A model generated the notes under the pieces. That model saw nothing but the letters and a program-made list of their open reading frames with translations. It was not told where the DNA came from and made no database searches. This document shows positions 39,579 to 51,977 of a stretch of DNA of 64,000 bases, piece by piece. Within the stretch, counting starts at the first letter, position 1. Each line of letters begins with the position of its first letter. Origin of the DNA: Mustelus asterias. Taxonomy: Eukaryota. Position numbers and translations under genes: made by a program. The stretch covers positions 248,001-312,000 of the forward strand of contig NW_027590162.1 of NCBI RefSeq assembly GCF_964213995.1. Reading direction: 5' to 3'.

Positions 39579-42577
39579 ATGGCAACTGTACAGAAAGGGA
39601 GCAAATATCCTGGCTGGGAGTTTTGCTCGAGTGTTTCGGCAGGATTTAAACTAGTGTGGCAGGGGGGTGGGGAACAAAACAGGAGGTCAGTAAATACTGA
39701 GGCTGGGGTCGAGCTGGGGGCCAGGGCAAGGCTAGCTAAGAAGAGGAGCACTCTGGAGGAGGAGGACCTGACTGGGCCTGGAGGTCTGGAGTGCATCTGC
39801 TTCAATGCGAGGAGTGTAACGGGTAAAACAGACGAACTTAGGGCCTTAATGCTTGTGCGGAATTTGGATGTGGTTGCGGTGACGGAAACTTGGTTAAAAG
39901 AAGGACAGGACTGGCAGCTGAATATTCCGGGGTATCAGTGTTTTAGGCGAGACAGAGGAGGGGCTAAAAAAGGTGGGGGAGTAGCGATATTAGTTAAGGA
40001 GCATATTACCGCGGTGCAGAGGGTAGACAACTTAGAGGGGTCATGTACTGAGTCGCTGTGGGTGGAACTCAGAAACAGGAAGGGTGCAGTCACTATGCTG
40101 GGGGTGTACTACAGACCACCCAACAGCCCACGGGAAGTGGAGGAAAGGATATGTCAGGAGATTCTGGATAGGTGCAGAAAACATAGGGTTGTTGTAGTGG
40201 GGGACTTTAATTTCCCTGGCACAGACTGGAAAGTGCTTAGAGCTGGGGGACCGGACGGGGAGGAATTTGTAAAATGCGTACTGGAAGGTTCTTTGGAACA
40301 GTATGTAGATAGCCCGACTAGAGAGGGGGCTATACTGGACCTAGTTCTGGGAAATGAGCCCGGTCAGGTCGTCAAAGTTTCGGTAGGGGAACATGTGGCA
40401 AATAGTGACCACAACTCTGTTAACTTTAGGATAGTAATGGACAAGGATGAGTGCTGTCCTACGGGCAGGGTGCTAAATTGGGGGAAGGCTGACAAGAGCC
40501 GGATTAGGCAGGAATTGGTGGATGTTGATTGGGAGAGGATGTTCGAGGGTAAGTCCGCGTCTGGCATGTGGGAGTCTTTTAAGGAACTATTGATAAGGCT
40601 GCAAGATAGGCATGTGCCTGTAAAAAGGAAAGATAGGAAAGGTAGGATTCGAGAGCCGTGGATAACCAGGGAAATTGAGGATCTGATTAAAATGAAAAGG
40701 GAGGCGTACGTTAAGTCCAGGCAACTGAAAACAGATGGAGCTCTGGAGGAATACAGAGAGAGTAGGAAAGATCTCAAACGGGGAGTTAGAAGGGCAAAAA
40801 GAGGGCACGAGATGTTCTTGGCAGGCAGGATTAAGGAGAATCCTAAGGCATTCTATTCATACGTTAGGAACAAAAGAGTTGTCAGGGAGAAAATCGGACC
40901 TCTCAGGGACAAAGGAGGGGAATTATGCTTAGAACCCAAGGGAATAGGGGAGATCCTAAATGAATACTTTGCATCGGTATTCACGAAGGAGAGGGGCGTG
41001 TTAACCGGGAATGTCTCGGAGGGAGGTGTTGACCCGTTAGAGAAAATCTCCATTACGAGAGAGGAAGTGTTAGGTTTTTTAGGGAACATTAAAACTGACA
41101 AAGCCCCAGGGCCTGATGGCATCTATCCTCGACTGCTCAGGGAGACGAGAGAGGAAATTGCTGGCCTCTGATGGAAATCTTTGTTGCTTCTTTGGACACG
41201 GGTGAGGTCCCTGAGGATTGGAGGATAGCGAAAGTGGTCCCGTTGTTTAAGGAGGGTAGCAGGGATAACCCAGGAAATTATAGGCCGGTGAGCTTGACGT
41301 CCGTGGTAGGGAAGTTGTTGGAGAGGATTCTTAGAGACAGGATGTATGTGCATTTAGAACGGAACAATCTCATTAGTGACAGACAGCATGGTTTTGTAAG
41401 AGGGAGGTCGTGCCTTACAAATTTGGTGGAGTTTTTTGAGGAAGTGACAAAAACGGTTGATGAAGGAAGGGCCGTGGATGTCGTCTATATGGATTTCAGT
41501 AAGGCATTTGACAAAGTCCCACATGGCAGGTTGGTTAAGAAGGTTAAGGCTCATGGGATACAAGGAGAAGTGGCTCGATGGGTGGAGAACTGGCTTGGCC
41601 ATAGGAGACAGAGGGTAGTGGTCGAAGGGTCTTTTTCCGGCTGGAGGTCTGTGACCAGTGGTGTTCCGCAGGGCTCTGTACTGGGACCTCTGCTATTTGT
41701 GATATATATAAATGATTTGGAAGAAGGTGTAACTGGTGTAATCAGCAAGTTTGCGGATGACACAAAGATGGCTGGAATTGCAGATAGCGAAGAGCATTGT
41801 CGGGCAATACAGCAGGATATAGATAGGCTGGAAAATTGGGCGGAGAGGTGGCAGATGGAATTTAATCCGGATAAATGCGAAGTGATGCATTTTGGAAGAA
41901 ATAATGTAGGGAGGAGTTATGCAATAAATGGCAGAGTCATCAGGAGTATAGAAACACAGAGGGACCTAGGTGTGCAAGTCCACAAATCCTTGAAGGTGGC
42001 AACACAGGTGGAGAAGGTGGTGAAGAAGGCATATGGTATGCTTGCCTTTATAGGACGGGGTATAGGGTATAAAAGCTGGAGTCTGATGATGCAGCTGTAT
42101 AGAACGCTGGTTAGGCCACATTTGGAGTACTGCGTCCAGTTCTGGTCGCCGCACTACCAGAAGGACGTGGAGGCATTGGAGAGAGTGCAGAGAAGGTTTA
42201 CCAGGATGTTGCCTGGTATGGAGGGTCTTAGCTATGAGGAGAGATTGGGTAGACTGGGGTTGTTCTCCTTGGAAAGACGGAGAATGAGGGGAGATCTAAT
42301 AGAGGTATACAAGATTATGAAGGGTATAGATAGGGTGAACAGTGGGAAGCTTTTTCCCAGGTCGGAGGTGACGATCACGAGGGGTCACGGGCTCAAGCTG
42401 AGAGGGGCGAAGTATAACTCAGACATCAGAGGGACGTTTTTTACACAGAGGGTGGTGGGGGCCTGGAATGCGCTGCCAAGTAGGGTGGTGGAGGCAGGCA
42501 CGCTGACATCGTTTAAGACTTACCTGGATAGTCACATGAGCAGCCTGGGAATGGAGGGATACAAACGATTGGTCTAG
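39579..42577 (+). pseudogene. CR1 ORF2 (APE endonuclease plus RT), frameshifted
   Basis: Two consecutive ORFs (530 and 468 aa) colinear with the intact ORF2 at 16605-19373. Confidence 0.92.
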
Positions 42578-42656
42578 TTGGACCAAGGAGCGGCACAGGC
42601 TTGGAGGGCCGAAGGCCTGTTTCCTGTGCTGTACTGTTCTTTGTTCTTTGTTCTTT

Positions 42657-43378
42657 GAAGGGGGGGAGGTTGAACACAGATATCAGAAGGACATATTTCA
42701 CACAGAGGGTCGTGGGGGCCTGGAATGTGTTGCCGGGCAAGGTGGTGGAGGCGGACACACTGGGAACGTTTAAGACTTATCTAGACAGCTATATGACCGG
42801 AGTGGGAATGGAGGGATACAAAAGAGTGGTCTAGTTTGGACCAGGGAGCGGCGCGGGCTAATTATTCCTTGTTTCTCGTTTCAAGGCTTCATTCTATGAT
42901 CATCTTGCTGGTGCCAGTACAGAGCGAGACTGCGGATAGTTGGGAACCTGTCTCGGGGGCAGGGAATTCATATGGTGTTCATGGAAGTGGAAATGACTAG
43001 GGTTGGGAAGCATTTTCCGATCAGGGCCATTGTGATCTCCTGGACTCGTTTCGATCGCCTCAGGGGGTCGGAGAGGAATTTCCCAGATTTTCTTTTCCCC
43101 ATATTGGCCCTGGGGTTTTTCACTCTGGGTTTTCGCCTCTCCCTGGGGATCACATGGTCTGGAATAGGGGGGTGGGGGTGAGTTAATAGGTTGTAATGAA
43201 CAAAGCATCGTAGCTGTGAGGGACAGCTCGGTGGATAGGATATTGGTATGTAGATAGGCTGGAAAATTGGGCGGGGATCCTGGATTCAGGATTCAATCCT
43301 GGACCGGGGAGCGGCGCGGTCTTGGAGGGCCGAAGGGCCTGTTCCTGTGCTGTATTGTTCTTTGTTCTTTGTTCTTTG
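42657..43378 (+). mobile_element. Short 5'-truncated CR1 (long-3'UTR family) abutting the tail of the preceding LINE
   Basis: Near-identical to the reverse complement of 57401-58120. Confidence 0.9.
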
Positions 43379-43505
43379 TTAGAGGGATTAGCGGGTAAAT
43401 ATGTGGGGGTAGGGCCTGGGTGGGATTGTGGTCGGTGCAGACTCGATGGGCCGAATGGCCTCTTTCTGCACTGTAGGGTTTCTATGATTTCTATGATTTC
43501 TATGA
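43378..43505 (+). mobile_element. HE1-like SINE, right part
   Basis: TAGGGCCTGGGTGGGATTG...GACTCGATGGGCCGAATGGCC...(TTTCTATGA)n. Confidence 0.85.
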
Positions 43506-45054
43506 TATGTTGTATTATTCCATGAAATGGTGGGCAGTGTAACCCACAATACGCCGCGAGCGTGAATACGGTCTATCTCATTCAGAATGATCCGCACTGC
43601 GCAGGCGTCAGGAGGCTCCGCCCCGGAGCGGAAGCTGAGCTGAACTGTGCACGCGCAACAACGTGAGTCTCAGCGGCTCTCAGAGCCCGAATCAGAGCCG
43701 CCGGGCTCGGCGGACGTGCGGCGAGGGAGCGGCACCATGAAGCGGATGATGCAGCGAGGCCATCCTCACCGCCCCATATGGAACAGTGTGAGTGAGAGGA
43801 AACCGAGAGCAGTGGTTAATGGTTGTTTCTCAGACTGGAGGAAGGTTTCCAGTGGAGTTCCCCAGGGCTCGGTGTTCGGAGCCCTGCTCTTCCTGATATA
43901 TATTAATGACACACACCTTGGCGTACAGGACACAAGCTCAACATTTCCACACGCCACCAAACTTGGAGGCATTGGCAACTGTGAGGAGGAAAGTGGGAAA
44001 CTTCAAAAGGACACAGGCAGCTTGGTGGAATGGGAGACAAGTGGCAGTGAGGAAAGTTCCAGCACCGATTGCCCCGCGGCTGCCCCTGGGGAGCATGCCC
44101 ACTCTCAGTGCCTGGGCAAGTCAGTGTGTTGGATAGAGCGCTTTCTGGGTGCAGATAATTATTTTTATTCATTCATGTAATGTGTGCGTCACTGACTTGG
44201 CCAGCATTCATTGCACTAATTACCTTTGAACTAAGTGGCTTGTTAGGCCATTTCAGAGGGCATTTAAGAGTCAAACACATTGCTGTGTGGTTGGAGTCAC
44301 ATGTAGGCCAGAAGAGGTCATGTGGGCAGATTTGCTTGCCTAAAGGGACATCAGTGAATCAAGTGGGTTTTTACGACATGGCCATCATTAGACCTTTTAT
44401 TTCCAGTTGTTTATTGAGCTCAAATGTCACTCTGTTGTGGTGATATTCAGGTCCCATTGCATTACTCTGGATCATGGTCCAGTGACAATTCCACTGCACC
44501 ATTAATTCCTCATGTGGGAATTAATGGCTGCTGACATTCACAGACATCAGTACGTGTTTTAATGCAAGCCAATTGTCAGAGAGCTGAAACATGAACTCTG
44601 TTTCTCTCTGACCTGCCTGACCTGTTGAGTCATTCCAGAATTTTCACTTTGTTTCAGATGTTCAGTATCCACATGATTTTACCGGTGAAATATTGCAGCT
44701 GTTCAGAAAACTGAGGCCTGAAATAGACAAATGAAGGCCCCTTTGGAATGAGGGTGGATGTTCTGTGAAGGTACGTTCTTGTTGGCTGGCTTTGAACTGG
44801 AGTGTTGATGGAGGAAAAGCTGATGGGTTTAACCCTGAGTACATTTGAGACCAGTCGAGCCCAAACATTTCTCATCAAAGTTTCCTGTACAGGAACAGAG
44901 ACTGGCAGAGACATTGCACTCTCATATAGAATAAATAATCGACAGCAAATCAGTTCTGCACTCATATGCAGTATCAAGCTTGAGTTAATTTCACACTGAA
45001 ATACTGGAACAGAGCCTAACAGAGAGTTAGTCCCACATTGACATCAAATCAGAA

Positions 45055-45910
45055 CATAAGAAGCAGGAGCAGCAGAAGGCAGTTTGTTCTTTAGGGTTCC
45101 CCCACCATTCGGTAAGATCATGGTTAATGTGATTATGGCCTCAACTCCATTTAATTGCCTGCCCCATAACCCTTGTCTCTCCTGTAGATCAAAACTCTTT
45201 CTAACTTAGGATGGAATCTGTTAAATTCCACAAATTAAGGACATTTTGAGAGGAGAAATTTCTTCTCATCTCCATCTAAAGTGGGGCATACTTTATTTTT
45301 AACTGTGTCCTCTAGTTTTAATTTTGTCCACAAATGAAAACATTCCTCTCGATATCTACCCTGTCCAATTCCCTCAGATCCTTCAATGTTTCAATCTGAT
45401 CATCTCTCATTCTTCTCAACTTCTATGAGATCGGCTCAACTTGATTGAACTTTCCTCATAAGATAACTCCTTCATCTCAGCAATCAGCCGAGTGAATCTT
45501 CACTGCCTCCAATACAAGTATTTACCTCTTTAAATCAGAGAAAACCTTTAAACTCAGCAATATCATGTATTTGTAGCAACACTTCCCTACTTTGATACTC
45601 CACATATGTACTTATAATTAGAGTTATTTCCTCCTTTTCTGGGTCAATCTGCTGTATCTACCCCTCTATTTAAATAATGTTCTGCCTTCCCATCCTTCCC
45701 ACTGAAGTGGAAAGCCTCACATTTTCCTACATTGTATCCTACCTGACAAATTTGTGTCCATTCACTTAACCTCGCTATATCTCCTTACAGACTCTGTGTC
45801 CTCCTCACAACCTACTTCCCCACCTATTTATGTATTGTCTGAAAATTTGGTGATGGTCTGTCCCTTCATCTGGGCCATTAGTATAGATTGTAAATAGCTG
45901 AGAACCCAGC
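45055..45910 (-). mobile_element. Degenerate CR1 3' fragment
   Basis: AGAACATAAGAA tail (reverse complement), KFSDNT and CCCAGCACTGATCC. Confidence 0.6.
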
Positions 45911-46299
45911 ACTGATCCATGTGGCTCTCTGCAAGCAGCAGTTTGCTAAGCTGACAGTGACCCACTTCCATGCAGTAACAGAGACTGACAGACAGTGAAG
46001 TAATTTCACACATTATTATTGATAGATAGGGAGTGAATTACACATTCAGATGCAGTAACAGAGATTGCCACAACGGTAATTCCAAACATAAATACAGTGA
46101 TGGTGATTAAAGGATAGAGAATCAATTCCACACTAACATACAGTAACACAGCCAGAGTTAATTACACATTCAATTCTACTGAGCAAGAGTTAATGCTACA
46201 TTCATACACAATAACCAAGACTGACAGTTAATTCCACTCTCACATGCTATAACAGCGATGAACAGAGAGTTAATGTCCCATTCACATTCAGTAATAGTG

Positions 46300-49200
46300 A
46301 ATAACAAATACAGATTTAATTCCATCCTCGCATTCACTAATATAGATGAACTGATTTAATTCCATACTGAAACACATGAACAGAGAATGGCTGACAGCGT
46401 TAATTCCACACTCTCTCACAGTAATAGATTGAGAAAATGTTAATTCCACACTCATGCACAGTAATAGATTGAGAGAGAGTTAATTCCACATTCAGACACA
46501 CTAATCGATTGAGAGAGAGTTAATTCCACACCCCCACACAGCATTAGATTGAGAGGGAGTTATTCTATGTTCCCACACAGTAATGGATTCAGAAAGAGTT
46601 AATTCCACACTGACACTGAAATAGATTGAGAGAGAGTTAATTCTACATTCTCACACCGTAATAGATTGAGAGAGAGTCAATTCCACATTCACACACAGTA
46701 ATAAATTGAGAGTTAATTCCATGCTCTCACACAGCAACAGATTGAGAGGGAGTTAATTCCACACGTACACACAGTAATAGATCGCGAGAGAGTGAATTCC
46801 ACACTGACACAGGGATAGATTGAGAGTGAGTTAATTCAATGCTCACACACAGTAATAGATTGAGAGAGAGTTAATTCCACACTTTCACACAGTAATAAAT
46901 TGAGAGAGTTAATTCCACACTTGGACACAAAAATAGATTGAGAGAGTTAATTGCACACGGACACAATAATAGATAGAGAGAGAGAGTTAATTCCACGCTG
47001 ACACTGTAATAGATTGAGGGAGAGTTAATTCCACACACATAGTAATAGATTGAGAGTTAATTCCACACTGGTACACAGTAATAGATCGGAGAGAGAGTTA
47101 ATATAGGGCTAAACGGGGTCACAAAAAATCATTGCCCAGCAGGATTAAGGAAAATACCAAGGCTTTTTATACATATATAAAGAGCAAGAGGATAGCCAGG
47201 GAGAGGGTTGGCCCACTCAAGGACAAAGGAGGAAATCTATGCGTGGAGCCAGAGGAAATGGGTGAGGTATTCAATGAGTTCATTGTGTCAGTATTCACCA
47301 AAGAGAAGGACTTGGTGGATGATGAATCTGGGAAAGGGTGTGTCGATAGTTTGAATCATGTTGAGATCAATTGTTGGGGTTCTTGAGGAATATTAAGGTA
47401 GACAAGTCCCCAGGGCCTGATGGGATATACCCCAAAATACTGGGAGAGGCAAGGGAGGAAATTGCTGGGACCTTGAGAGAAATTTTTGTATCCTCACTGG
47501 CTGCAGGATTTACTGCCACTTGGAAATTAGTGGATGTATTTGCGAGAGGCAATATGGTTTTGTGAAGGGCTGGTCATGTCTCACTAACTTGATCGAGTTT
47601 TTCGAGGAAGTGACGAAGATGGTTGATGAGGGTAGGGCAGTGGATGTTGTCTACAAGGACTTCAGTAAGGCCTTTGACAAGGTCCCTCATGGCAGAATGG
47701 TGCAGAAGGTGAAGTCGCATGGGATCAGAGGTGAGCTGGCAAGGTGGATACAGATCTGGCTTGGTCTTAGAAGACAGAGGGTAGCAGTGGAAGGGTGCGA
47801 TTCTGAATGGAGGACTGTGACATTTGGCGTTCCTCAGGGATCAGTGCTGGGACCTTTGCTGTTCGTAATATATATATAACTGATTTGGAGGAAAATGCAA
47901 CTGGTTTGATTAGTTAGTTTGCGAACAACACAAAGGTTGGTGGATTTGCAGATAGCGATGAGCACCATCAGAGGATACAGCAGGATATAGATAGGTTGGG
48001 GGCTTGGACAGAGAGATGGCAGATGGAGTTTAATCCGGACAAATGTGAATTAATGCATTTTGGATGGTCTAATACAGATAGGAAATATACAGTCAATGGC
48101 AGAACCCTTAGGAGTATTGATAGGCAAAGGGACCTGGGTGAACAGGTACACAGGTCACTGAAAGTGGCAATGCAGGTGGAGAAGGTAGTCAAGAAGGCAT
48201 ACGGCATGCTTGCCTTCGTCGGCGGGGGATTGAGTTTAAAAATTGGCAAGTCATGTTGCAGCTTTATAGAATCTTAGTTAGGCTGCATTTGGAATATAGT
48301 GTTCAATTCTGGTCGCCACACTCCCAGAAGGATGTGGAGACTTTGGTGAGGGTACAGCAAAGACTTACCAGGATGTTGGCTGGTATGGAGGATATTAGCT
48401 GTGAGGAGAGGTTGGAGAAACTTGGTTTGTTCTCTCTGGAACGACAGAGGTTGAGCGGCGACCTGATGGAAGGCTACAAGATTATGAGGGGCATGGACAG
48501 AGTGGATAGTCAGAAGCTTTTTCCAATGGTGGAAGAGTCAATTACTGGGGGGGCATCGGTTTAAGGTGCGAGGGGCAAGGTTTAAAGGAGATGTATGAGG
48601 CAAGTTTTTTACACAGAGGGTGGTGGGTGCCTGGAACTCACTGCCGGGGAAGGTGGTTGAAGCAGATACAATAGTGAGTTTTAAGGGGCGTCTGGACAAA
48701 TACACGAATAGGATGGGAATAGCGGGATATGGTCCCTGGAAGGGTCGGGGGTTTTATTTCAGTTGGGCAGCAAGGTCAGTGCAGGGCCGAAGGGCATGTT
48801 CCTGTGCTGTAATTTTCCTTGTTCTTTGTTCTTAATTCCACACAGACACACAGCAATTGATTGAGAGAGAGTTAATTCCACACACACACACAGCAATAGA
48901 TTGAGAGAGAGTTAATTCCACATTGACACACACTAATAGATTGAGAGAGAGTTAATTCCACACTGACACACAGCAATAGATTGAGAGAGAGTTAATTCCA
49001 CACTGACACACAGCAATAGATTGAGAGAGAGTTAATTCCACACTGACACAGCAATAGATTGAGAGAGAGTTAATTCCACACTGACACACAGCAATAGATT
49101 GAGAGAGAGTTAATTCCACATTCATGCACATTAATAGATTGGGAGTTAATTCCAAGCTCTCTCTCAGTAATAGATTGAGAGAGAATTAATTCCACACTGA

Positions 49201-51975
49201 CACACAGCAATAGATTGAGAGAGAGTTAATTCCACACTGACACACAGCAATAGATTGAGAGAGAGTTAATTCCACACTGACACAGCAATAGATTGAGAGA
49301 GAGTTAATTCCACACTGACACAGCAATAGATTGAGAGAGAGTTAATTCCACATTGACACACACTAATAGATTGAGAGAGAGTTAATTCCACACTGACACA
49401 CAGCAATAGATTGAGAGAGAGTTAATTCCACACTGACACACAGCAATAGATTGAGAGAGAGTTAATTCCACATTGACACACACTAATAGATTGAGAGAGA
49501 GTTAATTCCACACTGACACACAGCAATAGATTGAGAGAGAGTTAATTCCACACTGACACACAGCAATAGATTGAGAGAGAGTTAATTCCACACTGACACA
49601 CAGCAATAGATTGAGAGAGAGTTAATTCCACACTGACACAGCAATAGATTGAGAGAGAGTTAATTCCACACTGACACAGCAATAGATTGAGAGAGAGTTA
49701 ATTCCACACTGACACACAGCAATAGATTGAGAGAGAGTTAATTCCACATTCATGCACATTAATAGATTGGGAGTTAATTCCAAGCTCTCTCTCAGTAATA
49801 GATTGAGAGAGAATTAATTCCACACTGACACACAGGAATAGATTGCGAATTAATTCCACGCTCACACACAGTAATAAATTGAGAGAGAGTTAATTCCACA
49901 CACACGATACTAGAATGAGAGCTAGTCAATTCCACACTCTCACACAGTCATAGATTGAGACAGAGTTAATTCCACACTGACACTGTAATAGATTGGGAGA
50001 GAGTTAATTCCACATTCACACACAGGAATAGATGCAGAGTTAATTCCCCACTGACACACAGTAATAGATTGGGAGAGAGTTAATTCCACACTGACACACA
50101 ATAATAGATTGAGACAGAGTTAATTCCACGCTCACACACAATAATAGATTGAGAGAGTTAATTCCACACTGACACACTGTAATAGATCGAGGGAGAGTTA
50201 ATTCCACAGTAACGCACAGTAATAGATCAGAGAGAGTTATTTCCACACTCTCACACTGTAACAGATTGAGAGTTAATTCCACACACACACACAGATTAAT
50301 AGGTTGAGAGTGGGTTAATTCCATACTGACACACAATAGATTGCGAGAGAGTTAGTTGCACTGTCACACCGTAATAGGTTGAGACAGTTAATTCCACACT
50401 GACACACAGCAATAGATTGAGAGAGAGTTAATTCCACATTCATGCACAGTAATAGATTGAGAGAGAGTTAATTCCACACTGACACACAGCAATAGATTGA
50501 GAGAGAGTTAATTCCACATGGACACACACAAATAGATTGAGAGAGAGATAATTGCACATTCCCACACAGTAATAGATTGAGAGAGATAATTCCACACTCT
50601 CACACTGTAATATATTGAGAGAGAGTCAATTCCACATTCACACACAGTAATAGATTGGGAGTTAATTCCACGCTCACACATAGTAATTGATTGAGAGAGT
50701 TTTAACTACACACTGACACTCACGAATGGATTGAGAGAGAGTTAATTCCTCACTAACACAGTGCAATGAACTCTCTCTCAATCCATTACTGTGTGTCAGT
50801 GTGGAATTAACTCTCAATGTATTGCTGTGTGTCAGTGTGGAATTAACCCCCTCTCAATCTATTACTGTGTGTCAGTGTCCAATTAACTGTCTCGATCTAT
50901 TACGGTGTGACAGTGCAATGAACTCTCTCTCAATCCATTACTGTGTCACACCGTAATAGATTGAGACAGTTAATTGGACACTGACACACAGTAATAGATT
51001 GAGAGAGGGTTAATTCCACACTGACACACAGCAATAGATTGAGAGAGAGCTAATTCAACACTCACTCACTGTAATATATTGAGAGAGAGTCAATTCCACA
51101 TTCACACACAGGAATAGATTGAGAATTAATTCCATGCTCTCACACAGCAACAGATTGACAGAGAGTTAATTCCACACGTACACACAGTAATAGATTGAGA
51201 GGGAGTTAATTCCACACACGAACACAAAAGTAGATTGAGAGTTAATTGCACATGGACACAGTAACAGATAGAGAGAGTTAATTCCACGCTGACACTTTAA
51301 CAGATTGAGAGAGAGTTATTTCCGCACTCTCACACGGTAATAGATTGAGTGAGAGTTAATTCCACAGTCAGACAGTAATAGATTGAGTTAATTCCACACA
51401 CACACAGTAATTGATTGAAAGAGAGATAATTCCACACATGCACAGTAATTGAGAGAAGGTTAATTCTACACTCACACGCAATGATAGATTGAGAGGGAGT
51501 TAATTCCACATTCAAACACAGTAATAGATTCAGAGAGAGTTAATTCAATACTGGCACACAGTAAAAGATTGAGGGAGAGTTAATTCCCCGCTCGGACACA
51601 GTAATAGATTGAGATATAATTCCACACTGACACACGGTAATTGATTGAGAGAGAGTCAATTCCACATTCACACAATGTAACAGATTGAGAGTTAATTCCA
51701 CAGTGACATTGAGTAATAGATTGAGAGACAGTTAATTCCACATTCATACAAGTAATAGATTGAGGGACCGTTAATTCCACACTCTCACACAATAAAAGAT
51801 TGAGAGTTACTTCCACACTCTCACACAATGATCGATTGAGAATTAATTCCACACTCTCTCATAGATTGAGAGAGAGTTAATTCAACACTGACACACACGA
51901 ATAGATTGAGACAGGGTTAATTCCGCACCCACACACAATGATCGATTGAGAGAGAGTTAATTCCACACACTCACT
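46300..51975. repeat. ~40-bp minisatellite interrupted by a CR1
   Basis: Unit AATAGATTGAGAGAGAGTTAATTCCACACTGACACACAGC; homogeneous at 48835-49800 and degenerate toward the edges. Confidence 0.96.
47101..48832 (+). mobile_element. 5'-truncated CR1 LINE inside the minisatellite
   Basis: RIKENTKAFY, DFSKAFDKVPH and GVPQGSVLGP; GTTCTTT tail. Confidence 0.92.
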
Positions 51976-51977
51976 AT

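Larger units (their letters stand above)
38185..42656 (+). mobile_element. Near full-length CR1 LINE (5' UTR monomers, ORF1, ORF2, GTTCTTT tail)
   Basis: ORF1 from ~38651; ORF2 39579-42577 with one frameshift near 41165; 3' (GTTCTTT)n tail. Confidence 0.96.
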
